Shown here: positions 1 through 9,647 of the stretch, piece after piece
Layout: each line of letters begins with the position of its first letter
How positions within the stretch are numbered: the stretch's first letter is position 1
NCBI GenBank assembly: GCA_965369655.1
Contig: CBDUQR010000009.1
Coordinates: 11,480-75,479, forward strand
DNA length: 64,000 bases
Source of the DNA: an uncultured bacterium
GTDB lineage: Bacteria > Zixibacteria > MSB-5A5 > JAABVY01 > JAHJOQ01
Direction: 5' to 3'
Made by a program: the position numbers and the translations under genes
Notes under the pieces: model-generated
Seen by the model: only the letters and a program-made list of their open reading frames with translations
Database searches by the model: none
Told to the model about the DNA's origin: nothing

Positions 1-136
1 TATGCCGGGTGTGGCTGAAATCGCACTGGAGATCGCGAGTGACAGGGCGCTGTGCAAACCGGACCTCACGCCTGTAGACCGAATCGAAGATCTCGTCCTC
101 GACGGCGCGACCGTCGAGGTCAGGGGTGGAGGATGA
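1..136 (+). CDS. 3' end of an upstream gene (partial), possibly a cohesin-like beta-sandwich C-terminus
   Basis: Frame 2 is open from the window edge: MPGVAEIALEIASDRALCKPDLTPVDRIEDLVLDGATVEVRGGG*. Its TGA (134-136) overlaps ATG 133 of the next gene (ATGA coupling). Confidence 0.55.
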   Translation, partial: MPGVAEIALEIASDRALCKPDLTPVDRIEDLVLDGATVEVRGGG

Positions 137-3100
137 TGAGTCGTCTGAGTCAGGATATTCGTGGTGTTATGCGCTGGTATCCCCTGCTTCCCCTTGTCGG
201 GATGCTGCTTCTGCTCGGTTTCAACACGAGTCGGGGAGCCGAGCCAACTGAAGTCAGTCAGTGGTATGTCTCTGAAAGCGGGTCTGACGATTCGGGTGAC
301 GGCTCACAGGGTAATCCGTTCAAAACTATAATGTACGCAATATCTATGGCTGCGCCGTTCGATACGGTGATCGTGCTGCCCGGCAGATACCTCAGCGACA
401 TATACATTGATCACTACAAGTACGTCCATCTCAGGAGCGAGAATGGCGCAGAAGTGACGACCATTGACGGAGGCATCTGGTACTATGGAATGTCACCGGA
501 CGACAGAGTACTTCTCAGAGGTTTCAGGATAGTCAACGGTGATCCCGGCATACATGCTACGGATGTCAGTCCTGACATTCTGGAATGCGTAATCGATGGC
601 TGTACCTCTGATGAGTCGAATCGGGGAGGCGGCGTAGCGCTCTGGAATTCTTTCGCCACAATCAAAGATTGCTCGATTACCAATTGTACCGCGCTCGGGT
701 TCGGAAGAGGCGGCGGAATATACTTCAATAATTCTGCGCCACGTATCGTCAACTGTCGGATAGTTGGAAACACCGTAATCGCCGGTGATGGTGGAGGGAT
801 ATACGCGGATTCCACATTCATTTCAATTCACAGACCGCTGATAGCCAATTGTGTAATAACCGGGAACGAGTCCACATTGGGCGGAGGAATCTATTCTGTC
901 GGGAATGAACTGATATACAACAACCTTGTCGCGGATAACATGGCGTCGGAATCTGGCGCGGGCATATTCATAAAGTATGGTGCGTTTTCTGAGGCTCATA
1001 ACAATATCATCGCATTCAATCTCGGCGAAGGCATCGTGTGCGAATCCTCGGTCGATAGCGTGACCGGCTACAACTGTTTCTTTGGAAACGGGGGCGAGGA
1101 TCTCGGAGGATTATGCCACGATCTCGGCGGCAATGTTTTCGCAGACCCGCTCTTTGTCGATTACAGCGCGGGAGACTATCATCTCAAAGCGAACTCTCCC
1201 TGCATAAATAGCGGGCTCAATCTCGATTCCCTTCCGCCAGTCGACTTCGATGATCAGATCAGGATCATGTGGAATACTGTTGACATTGGACCGGATGAGT
1301 ACGTCGACTGCACTCTGTCCGCAGATTTCAGCGCGACTCCGACATCGGGGTGTTCGATGCCGATGACGCAGGTCAAGTTCAATGCTCTGATCGAAGGCTA
1401 CTACGACAGTCTGTACTGGGATTTTGGAGATGGTTCCGATACGGCGGATGTAACTCAGATTTTCCATACATACGATAGCGTCGGCGTCTTCACGGTCAGT
1501 TTGCATATTTTCACACCCTGCACGACCGCAGTCGTCGTGAAGGAGAACCTGATCGACATCGATGAAGCGCCGACCGCATATTTCTATGTTGACGTCGATT
1601 CGGGTTGCGCACCACTCGTCGTACAGTTCACCGATCTCTCGGACGGCGATCCTAATTCCTGGCACTGGGATTTCGGAGACGAGTATACGTCGGTACTGCC
1701 TTCACCGGTACACGAATACACGGAAGGCGGAGACTACACAGTGACTCTGACCGTGACAAACAATTGCAACGAAGACATCCTGATTGTCCGGGATCTCATA
1801 AAGGTGGGCGGCAACGCCGAAGTGAACTTCTCGGCGTTGCCGGTTTTCGGAGCCGCCCCACTGACGGTGCAGTTCAGTGACAGCACGGAAAACGATCCGC
1901 TCGAATGGATATGGGATTTCGGTGATGGGTTCACATCGAGCGATCAGAACCCGGTGCATACATATCTGAAACCGGATATCTACGACGTGATGCTCTCCGC
2001 TGTAAATACCTGTGGCGTGTACGATACGCTGACTCGCGTCGAGTATGTTACCGTTACGGGCTTCGAGGCAGTACTGCTCGACACGACCGACGACAGGTTT
2101 ATCAAGACTTTCAGTATCCTGTACGACACCCTCTACGGCTTTTTCAATCGTGATATTCATATCGAGATTGACACAATTGATCTGCCAGAGCGCGGAGGCG
2201 TTCACTTCTCGCTCAACAAACATCAGGTCAACGTGTTCGATACTGTTGTCGTAACAGCCTCGCTTTCGGAAGACATGTCTCAAGGTGTTTTTCAGCACTA
2301 CCTGGTTTCGATCGCTGATGGCGGCAGACCGGTTGATTCGATGCTGATCGAAATCGAATCGAATCCGATCACGCTCATCTCGGTGAGTGACGACACACTC
2401 AGATTCGACTCGACACAGGTGGGCAACGTATCTGTGGACACTGTCCTGATCCATAACGTGAGTGGTAGTTCGGAGCTGTTCATAAGTTCGATCACGATTC
2501 TCGGCTCGGCAGCATTCGATGTCACATGGTCTCCGGGCACGATATATCACACGTCGTCGATGCTGCTGCCGGTGACATTCACTCCGTCCGATACCGGCGA
2601 ACATTCGGCCACTATGGAAATCGTCTCGGATGATCCGGTAATGCAGGTGATGGAGGTTGCTCTGTCCGGATTGGCTATCCCTGAACGGGTGATGCCCACT
2701 GTGATTCACCACGATCCCCCGAACCTGGCCGTCGATGTACCATTTACCACTGTCGTAGATGTTGATTTCAGCGAGGAGATAGAGTTCGAATCATCGCCTG
2801 TTGATCCGCTCGTCATGGTTGAGAGCGAGATCACCGGTGGTCCTGTTCAGGGCCAACTGGAGTATATCACGAGCGTGCCGGACAGGTGGATACTCAGGTT
2901 TATCCCGGACACGCTGTTTAAGCCGCTTGACCGGATTCGTGTGACGGTGTCCGGGGATGTCATAGACATCGCTGGGAACTCTCTCGACGGCAATCAGAAT
3001 GGAACGGCAGAGGGATCGCCCGACGATGACACGACATTTAGTTTCAGAACCGGTCCGGGCGTATATCCGGGAGACGCCAACAACGACGGGGTTGTCAACG

Positions 3101-3735
3101 AGATCGATGTGCTGCCTATCGGTGTGTTCTGGATGATGGAGGGTGCGGAGCGTGAGGGGAACATCTCCGAATGGCGGATGTTCCCAGCCCTGTCGTGGGA
3201 TTCACTCGGAGCAACTTATGCCGACTGCGATGGAAATGGAGTCGTCAACGATCTGGATCTGTATCTGATCGGAGTTCACTGGGGACAGACCCATGACCTT
3301 GCAAGCCCTGTATTCTCAGAGGATGGTTACGATCTCAGGAGAAACAGGAGCGCCTTTGAAGCCATGTATCTTTCTATGAGCGGCGCTCCCGACAATGATG
3401 TCAACAGGAAAATACGGTCCATTCTCAGCAGGTATATCACCGAGGATGTGGAACCGAGCAATTTCATCCTGTCGCAGAATTATCCGAATCCATTCAACCC
3501 GACAACCTATATCCAGTACAATATGCCGGTCGAATGTCATGTTACGCTGACAATACACAACATACTTGGGCAGACGGTTGCTGTTCTGGTCGATGAATAT
3601 CAACCGGCAGGATACAAGCGCGTTTCCTGGAACGGCACGGCGGATTCCGGCGAGAATCTGCCGTCAGGTATCTACTTCTACAGATTGACGGCTGGTGGCT
3701 TCTCGCAGGTCGGGAAAATGATGATGCTGAGGTAG
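133..3735 (+). CDS. Large secreted multidomain protein: right-handed beta-helix, three PKD domains, Ig-like domains, dockerin-like repeat, C-terminal FlgD-Ig/T9SS-like domain
   Basis: Signal peptide; YVSESGSDDSGDGSQGNPFKTI and GGGIY repeats; three WDFGD PKD motifs; GDANNDGVVNEID/ADCDGNGVVNDLD; LSQNYPNPFN...SGIYFYRL. Start set at the ATGA overlap rather than the track's 52. Confidence 0.85.
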   Translation: MMSRLSQDIRGVMRWYPLLPLVGMLLLLGFNTSRGAEPTEVSQWYVSESGSDDSGDGSQGNPFKTIMYAISMAAPFDTVIVLPGRYLSDIYIDHYKYVHLRSENGAEVTTIDGGIWYYGMSPDDRVLLRGFRIVNGDPGIHATDVSPDILECVIDGCTSDESNRGGGVALWNSFATIKDCSITNCTALGFGRGGGIYFNNSAPRIVNCRIVGNTVIAGDGGGIYADSTFISIHRPLIANCVITGNESTLGGGIYSVGNELIYNNLVADNMASESGAGIFIKYGAFSEAHNNIIAFNLGEGIVCESSVDSVTGYNCFFGNGGEDLGGLCHDLGGNVFADPLFVDYSAGDYHLKANSPCINSGLNLDSLPPVDFDDQIRIMWNTVDIGPDEYVDCTLSADFSATPTSGCSMPMTQVKFNALIEGYYDSLYWDFGDGSDTADVTQIFHTYDSVGVFTVSLHIFTPCTTAVVVKENLIDIDEAPTAYFYVDVDSGCAPLVVQFTDLSDGDPNSWHWDFGDEYTSVLPSPVHEYTEGGDYTVTLTVTNNCNEDILIVRDLIKVGGNAEVNFSALPVFGAAPLTVQFSDSTENDPLEWIWDFGDGFTSSDQNPVHTYLKPDIYDVMLSAVNTCGVYDTLTRVEYVTVTGFEAVLLDTTDDRFIKTFSILYDTLYGFFNRDIHIEIDTIDLPERGGVHFSLNKHQVNVFDTVVVTASLSEDMSQGVFQHYLVSIADGGRPVDSMLIEIESNPITLISVSDDTLRFDSTQVGNVSVDTVLIHNVSGSSELFISSITILGSAAFDVTWSPGTIYHTSSMLLPVTFTPSDTGEHSATMEIVSDDPVMQVMEVALSGLAIPERVMPTVIHHDPPNLAVDVPFTTVVDVDFSEEIEFESSPVDPLVMVESEITGGPVQGQLEYITSVPDRWILRFIPDTLFKPLDRIRVTVSGDVIDIAGNSLDGNQNGTAEGSPDDDTTFSFRTGPGVYPGDANNDGVVNEIDVLPIGVFWMMEGAEREGNISEWRMFPALSWDSLGATYADCDGNGVVNDLDLYLIGVHWGQTHDLASPVFSEDGYDLRRNRSAFEAMYLSMSGAPDNDVNRKIRSILSRYITEDVEPSNFILSQNYPNPFNPTTYIQYNMPVECHVTLTIHNILGQTVAVLVDEYQPAGYKRVSWNGTADSGENLPSGIYFYRLTAGGFSQVGKMMMLR

Positions 3736-3847
3736 ATTCTGTAGAAACGCACACGATGGAGTATCGTAGATTTGAAGAAGCTTGACGTCACTAGGGAGGT
3801 GACCGAAAGAGGTAACGAGAGTTGAAGTGACTAAAGCGGGGGGATGT

Positions 3848-4102
3848 ATGGACCTCGAACCTCTGCAGGACAAAGTGCTCATTTGCGTCGACTGTAACGA
3901 GGAGTTTGTGTTTACGGTTGGCGCGCAGGAGTACTTCCTTGAGAAAGGGTTCACGGAAGAACCCAAGCGCTGCAAGTCCTGCTACACGCAGCTAAAGAAA
4001 GAGAAACGGCAGCAACAGAAGGTTGCTACACGAAGGACTCACAACGGAAGAAACAGAGTTCCCGTCGCCAATTCTCGCAACGGCAACGCCCGACCTCGGT
4101 AG
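3848..4102 (+). CDS. Small zinc-ribbon protein (zf-trcl-like) with a basic tail
   Basis: DKVLICVDCNEEFVFTVGAQEYFLEKGFTEEPKRCKSC; G-rich RBS upstream of ATG 3848. Confidence 0.85.
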   Translation: MDLEPLQDKVLICVDCNEEFVFTVGAQEYFLEKGFTEEPKRCKSCYTQLKKEKRQQQKVATRRTHNGRNRVPVANSRNGNARPR

Positions 4103-4111
4103 GAAGGGCAA

Positions 4112-4152
4112 AGCCCGGGCTTCAGGAAGCAATGCGGACTGAAACCCGGGCT
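4112..4152. terminator. Hairpin between convergent genes, probable terminator
   Basis: AGCCCGGGCTTCAG ... CTGAAACCCGGGCT inverted repeat. Confidence 0.6.
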
Positions 4153-4170
4153 CGTGGCTCGTTGTCTGAT

Positions 4171-5892
4171 TTACTTCAGAAACAACATTTTCTTTGTGCT
4201 TGTCTCACCGGTATTGAGCCGTATCCTGTAGAAGTATATTCCGGCAGGAAGCTCTTCGCCGTTCATGTCTTTGCCGTCCCAGTCGAAGCTATGGAGTCCC
4301 GGCGAGTTGATGTGTATTGTTTCTTCGATGACCTGCTGTCCGAGAATGTTAAGTATCTCGAAAGTTGCGTCGGTCTCCCCATCGACAGAGAAGCCAATAG
4401 TTGTCTCGGCGTTGAATGGGTTCGGGTAATTCTGCGCCAGATCGAACGAATTCTCTGATGGCAGCGACGGTTCATCGTTATCGACGCCTGACGCGAACGA
4501 GACAGTGAAGTCAGCGGTCATCGTCGGACCTGCCGCTGAGATGTTCGTCACTCCGACAAGTGTGCCCGATCCATTGTATGCGTTCGAGTTCGGATTTGTC
4601 AGTGGAGTGAATGTGGTATTGTTTGAAGTTCCGGGGAACGGATCACCGGCATCGCCCGAACTGGTGTTATTTTCGAGACCCCAGTTGTTGTCGGCTTGCA
4701 TCAGGGCGACAAGATAGTTGCCATATCCTGTATGGCCCGGATACCATTCGTTGTCATTAGTCGACTGTGTGTCGTCGATATGCCAGATGAGCAGTCCCTC
4801 ACCCGGAAGCGCTGTGTCGTAGCCGGTTTTTCTCCTGTTCTCGACAAGGAAATACTCGTTGCTTGCCCCACCAGACGTCCACAATCTGTAAATTGTTCCT
4901 GACGTCTCGACATCGGGAATCGAAGCGCCGTACATTGTGGATGTCACGTTGGTAGACGTGGCGAATCCGAGTTGTATTCTTGACCAGGCGTCGAAATGTG
5001 CCGGGCTGCTGCCGAGGGAGCCGTTCCACGATCCGCTCGCCATGATGCTCCACTTGCCGACGCCGTTTGACGTATAATCTGTATCGTAGAGGTCCGGCAG
5101 CCCGAACACATGACCGAGTTCGTGGCAGAATACTCCGAGCGTCATATCCGCTGCGACATACCAGTACTCCGGCATCATGCTGTATGTGTAGATATACTTG
5201 CCGTCCCTGAGCCTCGGATTGATCGACCATTTGTGGGACCAGATGTCATTGACCGAGTGAGTCAGTTCGGCTCCTCTGCCTGTGTGCACTACCATCAGGC
5301 CGTCGACATATCCGTCGCTGTCATTGTCGTAGTTGGAGAAATCGACTACCGCATCGACTGCATCGACAGCGTCCTCGACAAGTTTTTGACAGTTTCGCGG
5401 ATATGAATAGTAGTTCAGACCATGCTCGCCGTTTACGTAGTACGAGTAGGCCTGCGGTGCGAGCGTCCACCCGATTACCGACGGCAGATCGACTGTGACG
5501 ATATCAAGCTGATTGAACGACACTTCATTGTAGTAGTGCCTTACCGTCCCGACCTGATTGACATAGACGAGTGTGTCGAAATAGGATGCGCCCGTAATGT
5601 TCGCCTTGTCTGTGAAACGGACGAGAATACAAAGCATGTTCTTTGCCGTAGTTGACGTCGAATGCAGCCACTCCTCGAAGTCGATCTCCGCCGGCTGATT
5701 GATGCCGAACTCTCGCCATTGCTTCTGCAACTCGGCATACTGTTCATTGATCGCAAGGGCGTTCTCCGAGGATGCCTTGTCCGCAGATTCACCCTGGTAT
5801 GGAGGCATCGAGAGCGCCTCGCCCGGCAGCAGTGCCCATGTCAGCAGAGCTGCAGACAGGAGCAACAGTGTGACGTGAATGTGATGTTTCAT
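4171..5892 (-). CDS. M6-family (immune inhibitor A-like) secreted metalloprotease with C-terminal FlgD-Ig/T9SS-like domain
   Basis: IWSHKW, GVFCHELGHVFGLPDLYD, WSIMASGSWNG, EYFLVENR, GLLIWHID; LAQNYPNPFN tail; signal peptide. Confidence 0.9.
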   Translation of the reverse strand: MKHHIHVTLLLLSAALLTWALLPGEALSMPPYQGESADKASSENALAINEQYAELQKQWREFGINQPAEIDFEEWLHSTSTTAKNMLCILVRFTDKANITGASYFDTLVYVNQVGTVRHYYNEVSFNQLDIVTVDLPSVIGWTLAPQAYSYYVNGEHGLNYYSYPRNCQKLVEDAVDAVDAVVDFSNYDNDSDGYVDGLMVVHTGRGAELTHSVNDIWSHKWSINPRLRDGKYIYTYSMMPEYWYVAADMTLGVFCHELGHVFGLPDLYDTDYTSNGVGKWSIMASGSWNGSLGSSPAHFDAWSRIQLGFATSTNVTSTMYGASIPDVETSGTIYRLWTSGGASNEYFLVENRRKTGYDTALPGEGLLIWHIDDTQSTNDNEWYPGHTGYGNYLVALMQADNNWGLENNTSSGDAGDPFPGTSNNTTFTPLTNPNSNAYNGSGTLVGVTNISAAGPTMTADFTVSFASGVDNDEPSLPSENSFDLAQNYPNPFNAETTIGFSVDGETDATFEILNILGQQVIEETIHINSPGLHSFDWDGKDMNGEELPAGIYFYRIRLNTGETSTKKMLFLK

Positions 5893-5910
5893 CTCAATTA
5901 TCCTTCCTGC

Positions 5911-7161
5911 TTAGAATTCTATTCCCGATGAGATTGCGAATGAGGCGCCCCTTCCGAGCGAGGGAAGCACCGTTCCCGACGATGCCCACGCGACATCTAT
6001 GAAGAACGAGGAGAGTCTCAGGCCGCCGCCGAGAGCCAGCGAAGCGCCGTTGAGTCCTCCGAAGGCCAGCCCCGCTCGCAGCGGCATGAATCCAACGCCT
6101 GTATACTCTGTCCCGAACGAGAGTTCCGGGACCTTGTTGACGCCCGCCTTTTTTGCCAGGCCGATCTTAAGATCAGTTGCGAAGAGGAAATCGCCGCGTG
6201 TGTGGGCGGCGCCGAAATTTATCTCCGGAGCGAGCGATGTCGAGAACGATCCAATATCACGCTCGATCTCATCAGAGAGCGCTGTGGAGTCGTCGTCCGC
6301 GTTTTCGGCGGTCAACGAGACAAGTTTGTACGTGTATTCATTTTCTTTGGCGTCGCTATTCCAGTTGATTCTTGAGACCAGGTTTCGGATTCCGGCTGAG
6401 AATCTCCAGTCGTTCCGGTACGCCGCTGCGGCTCCGACGTCGAGACCGAACCCTGATCCGCCCAGCGCGGACTTGACGATAACTGTGCCGTCACCGTCTA
6501 TGCCGTCAGCCGCTGTCGTTACGTCGCCGGAGGCTTCGGAGACTTCGAAGTAAGCCAGACCTTTGATGTACTTGAAATTGATGCCTGCGGTCATCTCACC
6601 CCAGTCAAATTTCTTCAGCTTGCGACCGTAGGCGAAGTTGATGTCAGCGTGGACGATTCCCTCTGCGTCGGCATCGGTTATCGAGACTGTCTCGCCGATC
6701 CGGTTTCCGAAAAATGCCAGTTCGACAATGTCTTTCGATATGTTTCCCGATCCGGATGCTTCAAGAGTCGTTGACAATGCGAGCGGACCGGCGGAAAACG
6801 AGAGCGCCGACACGGCGGAGTGGCCCCTGAATTCGAGTCCACTCTCCGGTATCTTATCGAGGATATCCGACTTGTCTGATTCCGAAAGGTATGCTCCGTT
6901 GTACTTCTTGTAATCGTTTGCAGAGAATGCGTTGTTGTTGAGCATGGAGCCGAACCCGAAGAGTTGCAGCCTCGGTCCGGGTCTGTTCGACAGAGCAAGG
7001 TTCGCGGGATTGATGCCGATCGCATCATAGCCCTGCGCAACAGCAGAGTAACTGCCGGCCATCCCGATGCCCCTCGCGTCGTCCCAGCCGGTGGCAGAGA
7101 TGCTGCCAACTGCGACCAGCATCATCATGCCTATTGCTCCAACACAGTTCAATATCTTCAT
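5911..7161 (-). CDS. Outer-membrane beta-barrel, FadL/PorV/DUF5723-like
   Basis: Signal peptide; DARGIGMAG...AIGINPANL N-terminal signature; amphipathic strands; C-terminal Phe; AGGAGG RBS (alternative GTG start at 7164). Confidence 0.7.
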   Translation of the reverse strand: MKILNCVGAIGMMMLVAVGSISATGWDDARGIGMAGSYSAVAQGYDAIGINPANLALSNRPGPRLQLFGFGSMLNNNAFSANDYKKYNGAYLSESDKSDILDKIPESGLEFRGHSAVSALSFSAGPLALSTTLEASGSGNISKDIVELAFFGNRIGETVSITDADAEGIVHADINFAYGRKLKKFDWGEMTAGINFKYIKGLAYFEVSEASGDVTTAADGIDGDGTVIVKSALGGSGFGLDVGAAAAYRNDWRFSAGIRNLVSRINWNSDAKENEYTYKLVSLTAENADDDSTALSDEIERDIGSFSTSLAPEINFGAAHTRGDFLFATDLKIGLAKKAGVNKVPELSFGTEYTGVGFMPLRAGLAFGGLNGASLALGGGLRLSSFFIDVAWASSGTVLPSLGRGASFAISSGIEF

Positions 7162-7185
7162 CACAATCCTCCTGACCTCGCAGTA

Positions 7186-9186
7186 CTAAAAGTCTCCGAG
7201 CCGCACATTGACGGAAATGTATGCCTGAATATCGATGTAATCCGATGAGACGATTCTGACCGTTTGACCATCGGTGCCGGAGAAGGCGATCACCTGGCCG
7301 ACATAGAGCGTATTGTTGTTGAGTACCTGAAGCTCTTCGCGGGTCAGCGAGAGCGTGGCGTCCGATCCGATGGAATCGATCACCAGACCCGATTCTCCGA
7401 CAGTGCCCGAACGAACCTCGACCGGACCGAGTATAACTTCGGGATCGTCGAACAGGGTCAGCGAATCTCCCCCGAGATAGACCGTAAGCGTGGCCGCCAG
7501 CGGCAGGTGGTTCGTCAGATGGATGTACGCTATGCCGCTGTTGAGCCGGTCGGTGTCTTCGTCGTCGATGTCGTCGAGATCAGCTTTGTTTATGTCGCTT
7601 TCAAATTCGGTCTCTCCGATTGTCATCTCCAGAGGCGAGGTAATCTCGACTGTCGCCCAGACGAAATCATTCTCGGTCACACTCCCGTGCGTGACGCCGT
7701 CACCGACCGTAGCCTGACCCGACACGGTTATCTCGGACGGTATCGGATTCAGGAAGTCGGAGAGATCATCGACGACGATTGACGTTATCCCCGGATTCTC
7801 GACGGTTCCCAGAGTCAGGGTGCGGGAAATATCGAGTGTCTGACCGGCATCACCTTCGAGGTGGATTTCTATCTCGCTCGGAAAGTTGACGGCGCTGTGC
7901 AGCGTCATTGTCAGGACTGCACTGGTAAGACTGAAGCTCTCGAAGCCGTCCGGGATTTCAACGGACTCGGTGATCGGATCGATCTCGACTTCCGTCGGCT
8001 GAATAACGCCCGATACCGATCTGAACGTGACGTTGTCGACCGTGATGTTGACTGCGAAATTATCGCTGGCAGAGACCTGGACCGCATCCTGACCGCTGCC
8101 CGGCAGGGAGACATTCATCTCGACGTTCACTGTCGGATGATCTTCTCCCTCTACCGGAGCGAATGTATATCCGGAGAGATCACGCGTAACGAACTCACTC
8201 TGCTGCGGCAGCAGGCTGACAGTGAAACTGAGCGGAACGCCGCCGAGCGTAAACTGATCGATCAACACATCGAGCTCGGCAGAGAGGTTGGTAACGTTAT
8301 CTACCTGAATCTCAATCTGCCCGTCGCCGATTTCCGCAAGAGTGATCACGTTGTTATCCGTGAATGAAACGGACTGGTCATACGATTTTACTTGTGACGG
8401 AATGCGGGCAGTCGCCGATGAGACCGTGATCATATTTGAGAATTCCACCGTGATATTCACGCTGTTTTCTGATAGTATGAACAGTGTGCCGCCCGGAGTG
8501 TGGAGATACGCATCGAATGAAAACGAGTCGGAGATCGTCTTGCCCGACAGGTCGATTACCTCCGACTTCGTTTTACCGTCAGCAATTCCTCCGGCAAACG
8601 ATGTCACACCGATCTGGCTCGAAGTCTCATCATCGATAATAGCGATCGTGACTGAGTCGAGCGGGAGACCGAAGTTGTTCTCGACAGTAATGATAAGCAC
8701 ACCGCTCTCGATCGTTGCAGTCTCGATTTCTGAAATCTGCGGAAGCTGTTTGATTGAGCTTATGCCGGTCGCGGGGACATCGCCGAGAATCAGCGGGATA
8801 TGATCTTCGAGTAGAATCTGCTCGGAGACCGGATCCGGCGCCTGCAACTCGATCATGCCGAGTGTCTCGGAGAAACCGGTCGACAGGTCAGCCACAGACA
8901 GTCCTGCGTCTACGGCAACGGTATCGATTTCCTGATTGATCGTGAGTGAGATTTGCCCGGTTGAATCATAGGTGAGCGCATCCTCGGCGATGCGATCAAC
9001 CAGTTCGAGCATATCGTAATGATGATTAACCAACGGGACGACAATCTCGGTGTCCCAGCTCGGCGATTCGGGGCTCTGTAGACTGCACCCGTACAGGACT
9101 GTCAGCAGCAGTCCCACAACAATCGCCCCGAGAAGGTGCGCACTCATTCGACCCCGACGGGCGTAATATCTTTGCAGCCCAATCAT
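7186..9186 (-). CDS. Large beta-rich acidic lipoprotein of unknown function
   Basis: 666-aa ORF; lipobox LYGC followed by ..PESPSWDTEIVVPL; GGGAGG RBS. Confidence 0.75.
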   Translation of the reverse strand: MIGLQRYYARRGRMSAHLLGAIVVGLLLTVLYGCSLQSPESPSWDTEIVVPLVNHHYDMLELVDRIAEDALTYDSTGQISLTINQEIDTVAVDAGLSVADLSTGFSETLGMIELQAPDPVSEQILLEDHIPLILGDVPATGISSIKQLPQISEIETATIESGVLIITVENNFGLPLDSVTIAIIDDETSSQIGVTSFAGGIADGKTKSEVIDLSGKTISDSFSFDAYLHTPGGTLFILSENSVNITVEFSNMITVSSATARIPSQVKSYDQSVSFTDNNVITLAEIGDGQIEIQVDNVTNLSAELDVLIDQFTLGGVPLSFTVSLLPQQSEFVTRDLSGYTFAPVEGEDHPTVNVEMNVSLPGSGQDAVQVSASDNFAVNITVDNVTFRSVSGVIQPTEVEIDPITESVEIPDGFESFSLTSAVLTMTLHSAVNFPSEIEIHLEGDAGQTLDISRTLTLGTVENPGITSIVVDDLSDFLNPIPSEITVSGQATVGDGVTHGSVTENDFVWATVEITSPLEMTIGETEFESDINKADLDDIDDEDTDRLNSGIAYIHLTNHLPLAATLTVYLGGDSLTLFDDPEVILGPVEVRSGTVGESGLVIDSIGSDATLSLTREELQVLNNNTLYVGQVIAFSGTDGQTVRIVSSDYIDIQAYISVNVRLGDF

Positions 9187-9236
9187 ATCATCCTCCCAGT
9201 CTGCCTGTTATTGCACTTTGACCGAAAGCGTTTGAT

Positions 9237-9252
9237 TGCAACTGATATGCCA
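9237..9252 (-). promoter_or_regulatory. Sigma54 (-24/-12) promoter for the lipoprotein-barrel-M6 protease operon
   Basis: Minus strand reads TGGCATATCAGTTGCA, close to TGGCACG-N4-TTGCW, about 50 bp upstream of the start codon. Confidence 0.7.
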
Positions 9253-9376
9253 TCGTGTGGCGAGCATCCAAGCTGTGGAGCCGCTGGAGCTTAGCCCCAC
9301 ATTTCAGCATGAAACACGTCGGTTTTGGTGGGAGGACAGGTAGTTATTGTTGGATTGCTCCTACAGGCGGACTTGA

Positions 9377-9403
9377 GCAGGTCGAAACCCTTGTGGTTTC
9401 GAC
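9377..9403 (+). repeat. REP-like hairpin, family C (GTAG-type)
   Basis: GCAGGTCGAAACCCTTGTGGTTTCGAC; 25/27 identical to the reverse complement of 10828-10854. Confidence 0.75.
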
Positions 9404-9457
9404 ACCATCTTTGTATGTTCTCACGGTGATGAATATTCGACGCTATTTTGTGTTCTG

Positions 9458-9484
9458 GTAGGTTGTACGCCTGAGGCGTGTGAC
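9458..9484 (+). repeat. Degenerate GTAG-type REP-like hairpin (family C)
   Basis: GTAG-GTTGTACGCC-TGA-GGCGTGTGAC; the stem needs G-T pairs. Confidence 0.5.
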
Positions 9485-9647
9485 GTGCCGGAGCGCTATG
9501 GAAAAAAGAAGATATTGGAACAGGTAGGGGAATCAAGGGAGAGGTCAACGAAACGTAGTTGTCAGAAGTCGGTCAAAAGCGCCGTGCGGTGGGCAAAGTC
9601 AGTTTCACCAGCACTTTTTCTGAAGCCATATCGAATGGAGTGTTAGC

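Noticed and set aside
1702-2712. 336-aa antisense ORF and many similar shadow ORFs (e.g. 11066-11932, 15633-16403, 28251-28970, 40793-41521)
   Set aside because: They lie opposite well-supported genes and show no recognisable motifs; expected by-products of codon bias.
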